This document shows, piece by piece, positions 1-10,453 of a stretch of DNA of 64,000 nucleotides (positions are counted from its first letter, which is position 1; each line of letters starts with the position of its first letter). Location: assembly GCA_964625625.1 (NCBI GenBank), contig CAZVEG010000002.1, forward strand, positions 15,865-79,864, in the 5' to 3' direction. The stretch is from an uncultured Leptospirales bacterium. Its GTDB lineage: Bacteria > Spirochaetota > UBA4802 > UBA5368. A program made the position numbers and the translations under genes. The notes beneath the pieces were generated by a model that was not told the DNA's origin, ran no database searches, and saw only the letters and a program-made list of their open reading frames with translations.

Positions 1-495
1 CGGTACGCCCACGAGCTGGGGCTTGTGACCGTGCTCTGGGCATACCTGCGCAATTCCGCATTTCAGACAAAGGAGGCGGACTATCACCTGGCGGCGGACC
101 TCACGGGGCAGGCGAACCATCTGGCGGCAACCATTGAAGCGGATATCGTGAAGCAGAAGCAACCGGTAACCAACGGCGGATTTACGGCGCTCAAGTTCGG
201 TAAAACCGACAGGAAGGTCTATTCGGATCTCACATCGGACCACCCGATCGACCTGACCCGCTACCAGGTGATCAACTGCTACATGGGCCGCGCGGGACTC
301 ATCAATTCGGGAGGAGCGTCGTCGGGCGAAAGTGACCTGGCCGAAGCGGTCACCACGGCGGTCATCAACAAGCGCGCCGGGGGAATGGGGCTCATCTCCG
401 GCCGGAAGGCATTTCAGAAGCCGATGAAGGACGGGGTTGCGATCCTCAACGCCATACAGGATGTTTATCTCTGCAAAGAGGTGACTATCGCATAG
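1..495 (+). CDS. C-terminal fragment of a class I (DhnA/FbaB-type) fructose-bisphosphate aldolase; the 5' end lies outside the window
   Basis: The ORF is open from position 1 in the frame of 25..495. Motifs [14 protein letters not shown] and ISGRKAFQ are typical of the DhnA-family aldolase C-terminus. Confidence 0.55.
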   Translation, partial: RYAHELGLVTVLWAYLRNSAFQTKEADYHLAADLTGQANHLAATIEADIVKQKQPVTNGGFTALKFGKTDRKVYSDLTSDHPIDLTRYQVINCYMGRAGLINSGGASSGESDLAEAVTTAVINKRAGGMGLISGRKAFQKPMKDGVAILNAIQDVYLCKEVTIA

Positions 496-1357
496 ACGAC
501 GAAACGACCAGGGGCAGCACCCGTTCGATGAAGAGATCGGGGCGCTCCATCACGGGATTGTGAAGGCTTTCAGGAATGGACACTATCCGCAAATTCGCGA
601 AATAGCCTTCCACCACCTCCCGGAAGGCCTTGACCGGACCGAAGCTCCTGCCGCCCTCGACGTAGATGGTCGGGACTTCGCTGTGGTAATGAGCGTGGTA
701 GAAAGCCCTGCACCTTTTCGCAAAGCGGTAAATCGAGGTCATGAACGCGATCGCCGTGCGTACCGGTGTTCGCCTGAATCCCTCTTCGGTATACCGCATG
801 CCGTTACTGCCACCCGCCACCTGCAGCGGAAGAAAGCTGTTCAGAAAATGGAATCCCGCCATGCTCCGCAACAGCATGCGGTAAAGAAAGGCGTTGAGGC
901 CGGGCACGAGGATCAGGTGAAGGTACCACGGCATGAAGTCGTACACCTCGATTAGAACCATCCGCTCTATCATCTCCGGGTGAAGCCGGGCGAACTCCAT
1001 CGCGGTATTTCCGCCGAGGCAGTTCCCGAACAGGGTGACCCGCTCGTGCCCCAGTCCGAGTATAAAATCCCTTCCGAGCTCGACGAGGTCTTCAATCGAA
1101 AAATTCGAGAGCGGTCCGCTCGCTCCGTATCCCGGCCAGGCCGGTCGATACACGGTGAAGTGCCGTGCGAAGGCCTCGTGGCAGAAACCGAAGGTATCCT
1201 CGTTGCCTATCCATCCATGGAAGAATACCAGCGGCGGTCCGGCTCCGCTTTTCTTGTAGGATATGGAAGTCCCTTTGACCACGGCAACCAAGGACTCCTC
1301 CTTCGCCGTGTGATCGACAGTAACAAAAGGCATGCTCGCCGCAGCGGAGGTATTCAT
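485..1357 (-). CDS. alpha/beta-fold hydrolase with Cys in the nucleophile-elbow position
   Basis: HGW oxyanion-like motif ([10 protein letters not shown]) and a G-N-C-L-G-G pentapeptide where GxSxG is expected. Overall length and pattern fit an alpha/beta hydrolase. Convergent with the aldolase gene, overlapping its end by 11 nt. Confidence 0.6.
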   Translation of the reverse strand: MNTSAAASMPFVTVDHTAKEESLVAVVKGTSISYKKSGAGPPLVFFHGWIGNEDTFGFCHEAFARHFTVYRPAWPGYGASGPLSNFSIEDLVELGRDFILGLGHERVTLFGNCLGGNTAMEFARLHPEMIERMVLIEVYDFMPWYLHLILVPGLNAFLYRMLLRSMAGFHFLNSFLPLQVAGGSNGMRYTEEGFRRTPVRTAIAFMTSIYRFAKRCRAFYHAHYHSEVPTIYVEGGRSFGPVKAFREVVEGYFANLRIVSIPESLHNPVMERPDLFIERVLPLVVSSSMR

Positions 1358-1403
1358 AAATGACCACCAGTCGTTATAATCCGTACGCGCCGTTCGGGCC
1401 GCT

Positions 1404-2063
1404 TCAGTCTATTCGAACTTCGGGGTTGTCTCCATCAATTCCAACATATGCTCCCGCGCCTGCCGGCTTACTGTCCGCGTGCGCGATAAGCCACTTGTTC
1501 CGCGCGAAAAGCAGACGGTCGGATCCGGCCGACAGACCGCCCTCCAGCGGAAGGTTCGTCCCGCGCGGCAGAACGATGACGGCCCTGAAGCCGCCGGCAT
1601 GTATGTTCAGCGGGGCGAAATGCATCACGAGGGGATAAAGTTCCACCGCCGAACCGCGGGGGATAAAGAACGCGGTCGCCTTCGACGCCGGGAAGCGCCC
1701 GTCCCTGTAATCCGAAAACAGTCCGAGGAAGAGCAGCAGGTCGGTCCCCGCCACGACGACTTCGCTCGATTTGTGCCACTCCATGGCGTTCATGCGGCCG
1801 TTATGCCCCGCACAGGTGCCTGCCTGTATATCGAGGCCGCCGAAAACTGCTCTCCGGATCTCCGCCGCGAGCGGCAGTCCTTCTATCTCGGCCACACCGG
1901 CACGGTACTCCACTCCATCGGAGGGTATCGGGAATCCGTCCAGGAACGCGGTGAAGGAAGAGAAATCAAGCGCGGGAACGATCCGTCCGAAGCGTTCAAA
2001 ATCCGGTTCCGTGCAATGCAGGATCCGGATGCCGGGATTGAGTGAGCGCAATCTGTCGATCAT
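1404..2063 (-). CDS. cupin-like protein, ureidoglycolate-lyase/DUF4867-like; hypothetical
   Basis: Long ORF with consistent codon usage. The pattern PDFERFGRIVP...HNG...WH resembles the ureidoglycolate lyase-like cupin fold only weakly. Confidence 0.35.
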   Translation of the reverse strand: MIDRLRSLNPGIRILHCTEPDFERFGRIVPALDFSSFTAFLDGFPIPSDGVEYRAGVAEIEGLPLAAEIRRAVFGGLDIQAGTCAGHNGRMNAMEWHKSSEVVVAGTDLLLFLGLFSDYRDGRFPASKATAFFIPRGSAVELYPLVMHFAPLNIHAGGFRAVIVLPRGTNLPLEGGLSAGSDRLLFARNKWLIAHADSKPAGAGAYVGIDGDNPEVRID

Positions 2064-2068
2064 GACTA

Positions 2069-2713
2069 TCAGAGCACGTATTTAATCACCGCGAACCCGC
2101 CGACAAGAAGCACGACGAAGACTATCGCGAGCAGGTTAAACCGCTTTTCAATGAATTCCCGTATCGGCGGACCGAACTTCCATATGAGCCCAGCGACAAG
2201 AAAAAACCGCAGCGAACGGCTCACCAGTGACGCAACGGCGAAAACCCCGAGGTCGATCCTCGCGACCCCCGCCGTGATGGTGATCACCTTGTAGGGAAGC
2301 GGGGTGAACCCGGCGGTGAAGACGATCCAGAAACCGAACTCCTCGTAAAGCGCCGCCACACGGTTGAACGCGTCGACGGTGAAGCCCGGAATAAAGTCGA
2401 AAAAGAACAGGGCGATCGATGAAAAATCGCCGCCGGTATACCAGAGGGCATAGCCAATAAAATATCCGAACAGGCCGCCGGCGATTGAAGCGGCGGAACA
2501 CGCGGCCGCATACCTCCACGCCTTTTCCCGGACCCCGAGAACGAGGGCGATAAGCAGCACGTCGGGAGGTACCGGGAAAAACGACGATTCGGCGAAAGCG
2601 AGGATGAAGAGCGCGATCCCGCCGAAGGGCGACTCGGCCCATGAAAGCACCCAGTCGTAGAGATAGCGGTGGATGCTCCAGCCGTAACGTTCCCTGGTAT
2701 ATTTGATGGACAT
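2069..2713 (-). CDS. YqaA/DedA-related inner membrane protein
   Basis: Multiple TM helices and an FPVPPD motif in the first helix-loop, typical of the YqaA family. It lies 9 nt downstream of lysS on the same strand and is probably co-transcribed. Confidence 0.65.
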   Translation of the reverse strand: MSIKYTRERYGWSIHRYLYDWVLSWAESPFGGIALFILAFAESSFFPVPPDVLLIALVLGVREKAWRYAAACSAASIAGGLFGYFIGYALWYTGGDFSSIALFFFDFIPGFTVDAFNRVAALYEEFGFWIVFTAGFTPLPYKVITITAGVARIDLGVFAVASLVSRSLRFFLVAGLIWKFGPPIREFIEKRFNLLAIVFVVLLVGGFAVIKYVL

Positions 2714-2722
2714 GTTCGTGCG

Positions 2723-4210
2723 TTATTTCCCTTCCGGGCGAAGCAGCGGGAAGAGGATGGTGTCCTTGATCGATGCCGTGTCAACGAAGAGCATGACGAG
2801 CCGGTCGATGCCGATGCCCATGCCGCCGGCGGGCGGCATGCCGTACTCGAGCGCGTTGATATAGTCGTAATCCATCATCTGGGCCTCGTCGTCTCCGGCC
2901 TCCCTTTTGCGCACCTGGTCCTCAAAACGGGCCTTCTGGTCGAACGGATCGTTGAGTTCGCTGAAGGCGTTCGACATCTCGCGACCGGCGATGAACAATT
3001 CGAAGCGCTCCACGAAATCCGGATCGTCCTCGCGGGCCTTGGAAAGGGGTGAGAGTTCCCGCGGGTAATCGGTAACGAAAACCGGCTGCACGAGATTGGG
3101 TTCGACTTTCTCGTCGAAGACCTCTCCCGCGATCTCCCATTTCCCCAGCTTTTCGGGTGTCTTTATACCGATGGATTCGGCCGCGCGGCGCGCATCATCG
3201 ACCGACACGAGGGAAGCGAAATCGAGCCCCGAATATTTTTTAATCAGCTCGACGAAGGAGGCCCGCCGCCATGGCGGCGTGAAATCGATCGTCGACCCCT
3301 GGTACTCGAGTTTCATCGATCCCAGAAGCTTCGCCGCCAGGTCGGAAACCATGTCCTCGGCGATATGCATCATCGTCTCGTAGTCGGCGTATGCCTCGTA
3401 CAGTTCGAGCATGGTGAACTCGGGATTGTGCCGTGTTGATATTCCCTCGTTGCGGAAGTTCCTGTTGAGCTCGAACACCTTCTCGAAGCCGCCGACCACG
3501 AGGCGTTTCAGATACAGCTCGGGGGCGATGCGCAGATAGAGATCGATGTCCAGCGCGTTATGGTGCGTGATGAAGGGCCGCGCGGCGGCGCCGCCGGGTA
3601 TGGCCTGCATCATGGGGGTCTCGACCTCTATGTAGCCGCGCCGGGTGAGGTATTCCCGGATGCCGGTAATGATCCGGCTGCGCATGATGAAGTCCTGGCG
3701 CGTCTTCGGCGTGACGATGAGGTCCACGTACCGCTGCCGGTAACGCATCTCGCGATCGGCGAACTCGTCGAAGAGCCTGCCGTCCTTCTCCTTGACCGAC
3801 GGCAACGGCCGGATGCACTTGGCGAGCAGCGTAAGCTTTTCGACGTGGATGCTGATCTCACCCTGGTTGGTCTTGAAGACAAATCCCTCGATACCGACGA
3901 CATCGCCCAGATCGAGCGATTTGAACAGATCGTAATTCTCCTCTCCGATGTCGTCCCTGCGCGCGTAGAGCTGGACGGTGCCGGACTGGTCCTCGAGGTG
4001 GGCGAATGATGCCTTGCCCATTACCCGTTTGGAGCGCAACCGTCCGGCCACGCTCACGCGCGGTTTCTCATCCTCCCTGAACTCGCCTTTGGCTTCCTCC
4101 GCGGCGTGCGTGCGGCGATAACGCGGGGGATAGGGATTGATTCCCTTCTGCCTGTACTGCTCTATTTTCTCGATACGCTGGCGTACCAGGTCATTGATAT
4201 CATCGCTCAT
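2723..4210 (-). CDS. lysS: lysine--tRNA ligase, class II
   Basis: N-terminal anticodon-binding OB region followed by class II aaRS motifs, colinear with bacterial LysS over 495 aa. A GAGGAG RBS precedes the ATG. Confidence 0.95.
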   Translation of the reverse strand: MSDDINDLVRQRIEKIEQYRQKGINPYPPRYRRTHAAEEAKGEFREDEKPRVSVAGRLRSKRVMGKASFAHLEDQSGTVQLYARRDDIGEENYDLFKSLDLGDVVGIEGFVFKTNQGEISIHVEKLTLLAKCIRPLPSVKEKDGRLFDEFADREMRYRQRYVDLIVTPKTRQDFIMRSRIITGIREYLTRRGYIEVETPMMQAIPGGAAARPFITHHNALDIDLYLRIAPELYLKRLVVGGFEKVFELNRNFRNEGISTRHNPEFTMLELYEAYADYETMMHIAEDMVSDLAAKLLGSMKLEYQGSTIDFTPPWRRASFVELIKKYSGLDFASLVSVDDARRAAESIGIKTPEKLGKWEIAGEVFDEKVEPNLVQPVFVTDYPRELSPLSKAREDDPDFVERFELFIAGREMSNAFSELNDPFDQKARFEDQVRKREAGDDEAQMMDYDYINALEYGMPPAGGMGIGIDRLVMLFVDTASIKDTILFPLLRPEGK

Positions 4211-4402
4211 CTGCCGCGTCTCCTCGCCTGAAGTAGTGCCTATTACGGCGTCGCGGTCCGTTTCGTGTCAAATTCTTTTTGTGCGGTCCTCGAACACCCG
4301 GGTACGGAAGCGCTTTTTTATGGTAGCCGGATACGCCCTGATTTGTTTACTTGTCATTGAGTACGCCATACACCCACGGGCGTCCGCAAGGAAGGGTGCA
4401 CC

Positions 4403-5539
4403 ATGAGCCATGCATTCGAGATGGGGCCCATCAGGCCCCCCAGCGAAGCGTACAGCATTCTGCTCCGGATCACGCGCAACTGCCCGTGGAACCGCTGCGC
4501 CTTCTGTTCAACCTACCGCGACGCCGAGTTCTCCCGGCGCGGCCTGGATGAAATCAAAAGAGACATCGACAACATGCACTCCATCGCCCTCAGGCTGGCG
4601 GAGACCTCGATACAGCTCGGAATGGAGGGGCGTGTCGACGAAGCGGTTGTCGCGAAGGCGCGCGGTGACGACACGACTCCCGAATCGTACTACCGCCAGG
4701 TCGCGTTCTGGATGCACTACGGAATGCGTACGGTTTTTCTTCAAGATGCGAACTCGCTCATCATGAAGACCGCGGACCTCGTTGAGGTCCTGCTCCATCT
4801 CAGGTCGAGGTTTCCGTTCATCGAGCGCGTCACCTCGTACGCGCGCGCGAAAACGGTGAGCAAGAAGTCCGTCGACGAGCTCAGGGAGCTCCGACAGGCG
4901 GGCCTTACGCGGCTCCATATCGGCATGGAATCCGGCTGTGACTCCGTGCTCGAGCTCATATCAAAGGGAGTTACGGCGGACGAACAGATACTCGCCGGGC
5001 GCAAGGCCATGGAGGCCGGGTTCGACCTGTCGGAATACTACATGCCGGGGGTCGGCGGAGCGGAACACAGCCGCGAAAACGCCGTAGAATCCGCGCGCGT
5101 GCTCAGCGCGATCAATCCGACCTTCATACGGCTCCGCAGTACGGTGCCCCTTCCCGGAACACCTCTCTTCGACATCATGTCGCGCGGGGAATGGACTCCC
5201 CTGTCCGAGGACGGCAAGGTGCGGGAAATCCGCCTCTTTATCGACAGCCTTGGGGATATCACGAGCACCATCGCCAGCGACCACATGATGAACCTGCTCG
5301 AGGACGTCGAGGGAACGATGCCCGGTGACCGTACCCATATCCTCGAAGCGATCGACCGCTATCTCGGCATGAACGATGACGGGCGGGAAAGCTTCATCAT
5401 CGGCCGGCGGCTCGGAATTTACCGGCTTCTTTCAGATTTCGCGCCAGATCCGCAGGTGGAAGCCGTAAAACTGGATCTCAAACACAGGTTCGGCTCGATC
5501 GACGCGGCGGTGCTCGAGCTGCTGAAAAATTTCATTTAG
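4403..5539 (+). CDS. radical SAM enzyme with non-canonical CX4CX2C cluster motif
   Basis: Conserved N-terminus GPIRPPSEAYSILLRITRNCPWNRCAFC (Cys x4 Cys x2 Cys). The glycine-rich SAM-binding region and TIM-barrel-length body follow. Confidence 0.8.
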   Translation: MSHAFEMGPIRPPSEAYSILLRITRNCPWNRCAFCSTYRDAEFSRRGLDEIKRDIDNMHSIALRLAETSIQLGMEGRVDEAVVAKARGDDTTPESYYRQVAFWMHYGMRTVFLQDANSLIMKTADLVEVLLHLRSRFPFIERVTSYARAKTVSKKSVDELRELRQAGLTRLHIGMESGCDSVLELISKGVTADEQILAGRKAMEAGFDLSEYYMPGVGGAEHSRENAVESARVLSAINPTFIRLRSTVPLPGTPLFDIMSRGEWTPLSEDGKVREIRLFIDSLGDITSTIASDHMMNLLEDVEGTMPGDRTHILEAIDRYLGMNDDGRESFIIGRRLGIYRLLSDFAPDPQVEAVKLDLKHRFGSIDAAVLELLKNFI

Positions 5540-5809
5540 CTCGATCCGGAGCCCGCAGTTCCATGCCCTGGCCGCACAAGAACTCATCGATATTCCGCGC
5601 ACTGCAACGGTATTTGTGAAAATAAATGCCGATTTTGTTGAGAAAATTATTGATTAATATAAAAGAAATTATAATTTTGGGCCACGGATTTATATGATTA
5701 TTATACAGTATTCAGTTTTTAGTGGAATAGCGGAAACCTGATCCGGCACGGGCCGGCGGTGTCCGCCGATTGACGCGTTCTCGCAACCGCCATCATAACG
5801 AGGTGCCAC

Positions 5810-6526
5810 ATGAGCAGCTACATCAAGGGATCAACGCTCGAAAAATCAATCCAGAAGCAGTTGAAACTCTGGGAAACCCAGAAGGCGAAGCTCGTCGAAA
5901 AACAGGAGCCGAGGCCGTTCATCACGATCTCGCGCGAGTATGGCTGTAACGCGGTCGCGATCGCCGACGCCCTTGCCGATGCCCTGAACAAATACGAGAG
6001 CACCGACGTCTGGAAATCTTACGATAAAGAGCTCATCGACAAGATATGCTCGGATCACAACATCGCCGAGGCCCTCTGTGAGACCATAGACACCAAACGC
6101 AGGGAGGAGATCAGCGAGTTCTGGAGATCGGTGCTTACCGACTACCCGCCGCAGGTATCGGTGTACCAGAAGCTGGTGCAGACAATCCGCAGCCTCTCCA
6201 TTCACGGCAGGTCCATAATCGTGGGCCGCGCCGGCGTCATGATCACCCGGTCGCTCAGATACGGCGTCCACATCAAGCTGGTCGCCCCCCTGAACCATCG
6301 CATCCAGAAGGTTATGGAAACCGCCGGGATAAAAGACAGGCTCGAGGCCGAAAAGCTGGTGGAGCGCAAGGACCGCGAGCGTCACGACTTCCTGACCCAG
6401 TACCTCAAGTTCGACGCGAAAAACCCGTCATCGTACGATGTCACGTTCAACGTTGCCCGGATAACCCCCGAAGAGATTTCCCAGTCGGTGATCTGCATCC
6501 TGAAATCGAAACAGTTCATCAAATAG
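5810..6526 (+). CDS. cytidylate kinase-like (P-loop NMP-kinase fold) family protein
   Basis: ITISREYGCNAVAIADALADAL P-loop-like N-terminus and overall length match the cytidylate-kinase-like family rather than bona fide Cmk. Confidence 0.6.
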   Translation: MSSYIKGSTLEKSIQKQLKLWETQKAKLVEKQEPRPFITISREYGCNAVAIADALADALNKYESTDVWKSYDKELIDKICSDHNIAEALCETIDTKRREEISEFWRSVLTDYPPQVSVYQKLVQTIRSLSIHGRSIIVGRAGVMITRSLRYGVHIKLVAPLNHRIQKVMETAGIKDRLEAEKLVERKDRERHDFLTQYLKFDAKNPSSYDVTFNVARITPEEISQSVICILKSKQFIK

Positions 6527-6564
6527 CCGGCTAACCGGACAGAAGGCAAAACCCTGCATCACGG

Positions 6565-6598
6565 CGAGGGGGGGATGACCCCCTCGTTTTTTATTTTT
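6565..6598 (+). terminator. intrinsic terminator after the kinase-like gene
   Basis: GC-rich hairpin cgaggggg/ggatga/ccccctcg followed by ttttttatttttt. The T-run overlaps the last codons of the convergent beta-galactosidase gene. Confidence 0.6.
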
Positions 6599-8600
6599 TC
6601 GGCCGCTCGACAAATCGAACGCCGTACGGCTCTATTCTGCGCAAACCAAACCAACGGTACGACGCGGTGTGGTTCAATACCACGTCCACGGCACCGCCGT
6701 CGACGGTGGTCCGCCTTATCACCTCGAGGCCCATCCCCCTGAAACGCGGCGCGAGCCCCGCCCTTTTCAGTATCTTCCTGTACAGAAGGAAAATCGCCGT
6801 TGGATCGGGAGATGTGCCGAAATAGTATACGCGCCCGCGGCCATACTCGTTTACCGTAATGCAGGGCTCTCCTCTGTAATGCTTTTTACGATCGCGATAC
6901 CAGGCGAGCGGTTTCGCGGTCACCGGCTCGACGATCTCCGCCCACGCCTCCCCTTTCGCCGGAACGATCCCCACGCGAATCCCGACCTTCGTCGCGTTGA
7001 GCGACTCGAATCGCTTGATCCTCACCCCGGCCATGGCGGCGAAAAGACCCGGCAGCTCAAGCCGTACGGCATGGTTCTTCATGTCACGCGCACCGGCCCT
7101 CCAGCCGAGGACCAGGGTTCCGCCCTCCCTCACCCAGGACTCGAGACGTCCCACAAATTCCGGATCGGCCATCTGGTAGAGCGGAAGGCTGATGATCCTG
7201 TAACGCGATAAATCGACACCGCGTGCGCTTTTAACATCGGCATTGATATTGAAAACCGCGTATGGAACGAAATTGCGCGCCATCTCGAGATCGTAGCCGA
7301 CCTGCATGTACGGAGTCGGCAGCATGTATATGCCCTTCGAGAGATACTGTTCTTTCAATACCCGGGAGTTATCCTTGTCGTATACCACGCACGCTTCCGA
7401 CGTCACCGGCTCCGACGCGAACCGGTCGAATGCCGGTGAATGCCGCCTCATGTTCGCCGCTATCGCCGCCGCCCTCGAGGTCGGAGTGTTGTCCGGATCG
7501 AAAAGCCCATAGCAGAGCTGCTCCTGGCCGAAGGCGGCCGTGCGCCAGCGGAAATAATAGATATGGTCCGCACCGCGCGCGATCGACTGATTGGTCCAGA
7601 GCGTCACCTGTTCGTCGGGCGGAAGATAACCGAGACAGGTATGGCCCTGGAACCCGCTGAACTGCTCGAATACGGCGAACCGTCCCCGTTCGTTGAGCCC
7701 CCGGATGTAGCTGAGTATGTATGCGGTGAAAAAATACGGAAGCGGCTCGTCCTGGTCGCCCCATACCGGGTAATTATCGAAACCGACCATCTCCATCCCG
7801 CGGCACAGGCGCTCCATGTCGATGACCGGGTAATGCGGCGTGGGATAGAGATTTGTCGTCACCCACTGCCCGTCCTGGATATGCTTCCGTAACAGTTTCA
7901 TCTGCATATCGACGAAATCAACCGCCGAATCGGAGCAGAAACGGTCGTAATCGAGCGCGAGTCCCGGGCTCTGAATGCTCGAAACCTGCTTCCTCGGCAC
8001 AGGGACCTGCTCGAAACCGACGTAGGTGGTTCCCCAGAAGACCGTGCCCCACTCCGTATTCATGGCATGTACGTTTTTATATTTTTTCCGCAGCCATTCG
8101 TGCCATTTCCCAACGCAGGTCGGGCAGACACAGCGATCCGATCCCTCGTGGCCGATCTCGTTGTCGATCTGCCAGCCGATCACCACCGGGTTTTTACCGT
8201 AACGCCGGGCGATCGCCTCGACGAGCCTTGCCGATGCCTTGCGGTAGGTATCGGAGTTGTAACACGCCTGACGACGCGTGCCGAAGTCGCGGTAGACGCC
8301 CGAGGGATGTATCTGCACCATCCCGGGATCTTTATGATAGAGCCAGGCGGGAAAGGTCGCGGTCGGCGTGCCCAGCACGACCGAGAGCCCGTTTTCGCCG
8401 GCAAGTCTGATCGCCTCGTCGAAGAGCGAGAAATCATATTTCCCGGGTCGGGGTTCGAGAAGGGACCAGGCGAACTCCATCATCCTGACCGATCGAAAGC
8501 CCATCTCTCTCATGCGCCGGAAATCCGATTCCCATAACGCTCGGTCCCATTGCTCGGGATAGTAATCCACTCCAAACAGCACTCCTCCGCCATTATTCAT
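6591..8600 (-). CDS. beta-galactosidase, glycoside hydrolase family 42
   Basis: N-terminal GVDYYPEQWD signature of the GH42 catalytic domain. Start is placed at the internal ATG (MNNGGGVLFG) preceded by GGAGA. The ORF track extends to 8714 upstream of that. Confidence 0.85.
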   Translation of the reverse strand: MNNGGGVLFGVDYYPEQWDRALWESDFRRMREMGFRSVRMMEFAWSLLEPRPGKYDFSLFDEAIRLAGENGLSVVLGTPTATFPAWLYHKDPGMVQIHPSGVYRDFGTRRQACYNSDTYRKASARLVEAIARRYGKNPVVIGWQIDNEIGHEGSDRCVCPTCVGKWHEWLRKKYKNVHAMNTEWGTVFWGTTYVGFEQVPVPRKQVSSIQSPGLALDYDRFCSDSAVDFVDMQMKLLRKHIQDGQWVTTNLYPTPHYPVIDMERLCRGMEMVGFDNYPVWGDQDEPLPYFFTAYILSYIRGLNERGRFAVFEQFSGFQGHTCLGYLPPDEQVTLWTNQSIARGADHIYYFRWRTAAFGQEQLCYGLFDPDNTPTSRAAAIAANMRRHSPAFDRFASEPVTSEACVVYDKDNSRVLKEQYLSKGIYMLPTPYMQVGYDLEMARNFVPYAVFNINADVKSARGVDLSRYRIISLPLYQMADPEFVGRLESWVREGGTLVLGWRAGARDMKNHAVRLELPGLFAAMAGVRIKRFESLNATKVGIRVGIVPAKGEAWAEIVEPVTAKPLAWYRDRKKHYRGEPCITVNEYGRGRVYYFGTSPDPTAIFLLYRKILKRAGLAPRFRGMGLEVIRRTTVDGGAVDVVLNHTASYRWFGLRRIEPYGVRFVERPKK

Positions 8601-8861
8601 TGCCGGTCTCCAGGTTCGGTAATACCGCAGATACTGCTTACAAGAATGGGATATAAACACAAAGGCCCGATATCGCAAATATTTATTTTGCGAAATCGAT
8701 TTAAAATGATACAATTGAATAGTTATAAATGACGGTTAACCTCATACTCGCCGCCGTCGAAAACGAGAACGGCGAATTCGTCCAGGCCTGAATAACGGGG
8801 AACCCGTGTGGTTGCGGGCAAACGATCCGAGCGGGAGCATGAAGGTCTCAGGGGGGCTCCA

Positions 8862-10448
8862 ATGGGTAGCATGAAATACACCGCACGACAGGTTCTCGAA
8901 ATCAAGGGCGGCTTCATATATTTCATCCTGATGACCGGTGCATCGATTCTGGCGGTTATTTTTCAGCTCATCGCCAGGGTGGACTTCAGGGGGATTATCG
9001 GGCCCGTCGTTTTCGGATTCATCGTCAGTATCCTCTCCTATGTCATCTACCGACGGAAAAAGGGCCTGAAGAAGGCGGCCCTGCTCTCCTGGGTCGTGGC
9101 CGCCCTCGGTGTCACGGTGCCGCTGCTCGCCAAGTACAACTACGCGAAGATAATGGACTGGCGCTACTCGGCCGAATCCTACCATATTTATACGATCGCG
9201 GTGTTCTTCGTCGTGTCGCTGCAGTTCCTTTATAACAGGAAAATCCTGATATTTTTCTCTCTGTTCACTTTCCTCAACTGGATCGGCTTTCTGTTCATCG
9301 CCGCCGACAGCGGTGTTACGATGCACATGCTGTCCATCATCGACGGCAAGCCGGTACACGACTTCATAATCCTGCGCGAGGTCTACTTCATGACGCTCAT
9401 GGCGATCATCGTCTACATCGCCTATCGCAACATCCCGGTCATCGATGAATACGACGCGCGCACAACCGAACAGTTGAGGATTATCGAACGTCAGACCGAG
9501 ACCCGGAACGAAATCGTCCACGAAATCAACGCGAAGATGACCGCCCTGTTCGAACAACTGGAGGAGCAGAACAGGGTGATCGTGGACTTCAATGAGAAGA
9601 TCCAGAGCCAGGCGTCCACCTTCGAGGAGATCTCAGCCACGCTCGAGGAACTGCTGGGTTCGGCAGAAAACATCTCGGATTCGGCGGGCGAGCAGATAGA
9701 CGAGAACCGGAAGATGGAGACCATCATCGACGAGTTCAAGAACATCCAGGGCGAGACCAAGAGTAATCTCGACCTCTCACTAGGCAGCATCGGCCTGGTC
9801 GTGGACAAGACCACCTCCGGCAAGGAACGCCTCGAGGAGGTGGAGCGTTTCATCTCCGTCATCAGCGAGCAGAGCTCGCGTATCTCCGAAACCGTTTCCA
9901 TAATCATCGAGATCGCGGACAAGATCAACCTGCTCTCCCTCAACGCGAGCATCGAGGCGGCGAGGGCCGGAGAGCACGGCAGGGGCTTCGCGGTCGTCGC
10001 CGACGAAATCGGAAAGCTCGCGGTGCAGACGACCGACAGCATCAAGGAGATCGAGAACGTCCTGAAGTCCAACACCGACACCACGAGGCGCGGAGTGGAG
10101 ATCATTCAATCGGCGGCCTCGCTGTTGAAGGGGATGATCGGGAACATGGAGGACAGCTCCAACAAGATCAAGATACTCAGGGAGAGTATTTTCGTCGAGG
10201 AGCGCTACACCGCGGTGATCATCGACCAGACCCTTAAGAATCTCGACCTGGCAAGGGGCATCGGGACCGCGACCGACGAGCAGAAACTGGCCATAGAGTC
10301 AACGACGAAGGCGGTCGATCACATCAACGAACTCATGTCCGAAATGGTCAAGGGTGTCACGGCAATGGCCGAATCCTCACGGCTCATCTTCGAGAACGCG
10401 AAGAACCTGGTGGGAATCGCCGAAAAGGCGGCCGATCGTCAGAACTGA
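8862..10448 (+). CDS. methyl-accepting chemotaxis protein with multi-pass membrane N-terminal domain
   Basis: About 6 predicted TM helices, then a coiled coil, then the MCP signalling motif [30 protein letters not shown]. Start chosen at the ATG preceded by AGGGGGG. Confidence 0.85.
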   Translation: MGSMKYTARQVLEIKGGFIYFILMTGASILAVIFQLIARVDFRGIIGPVVFGFIVSILSYVIYRRKKGLKKAALLSWVVAALGVTVPLLAKYNYAKIMDWRYSAESYHIYTIAVFFVVSLQFLYNRKILIFFSLFTFLNWIGFLFIAADSGVTMHMLSIIDGKPVHDFIILREVYFMTLMAIIVYIAYRNIPVIDEYDARTTEQLRIIERQTETRNEIVHEINAKMTALFEQLEEQNRVIVDFNEKIQSQASTFEEISATLEELLGSAENISDSAGEQIDENRKMETIIDEFKNIQGETKSNLDLSLGSIGLVVDKTTSGKERLEEVERFISVISEQSSRISETVSIIIEIADKINLLSLNASIEAARAGEHGRGFAVVADEIGKLAVQTTDSIKEIENVLKSNTDTTRRGVEIIQSAASLLKGMIGNMEDSSNKIKILRESIFVEERYTAVIIDQTLKNLDLARGIGTATDEQKLAIESTTKAVDHINELMSEMVKGVTAMAESSRLIFENAKNLVGIAEKAADRQN

Positions 10449-10453
10449 CCGTT

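Noticed and set aside
4403-6526. Calling the radical SAM + kinase pair a prokaryotic viperin (pVip) defence locus.
   Set aside because: The Fe-S motif is CX4CX2C, not the viperin CX3CX2C. The protein lacks the viperin C-terminal signature. The neighbour is a cytidylate-kinase-like family protein rather than a bona fide CMP/TMP kinase. It is therefore kept only as a loose analogy.
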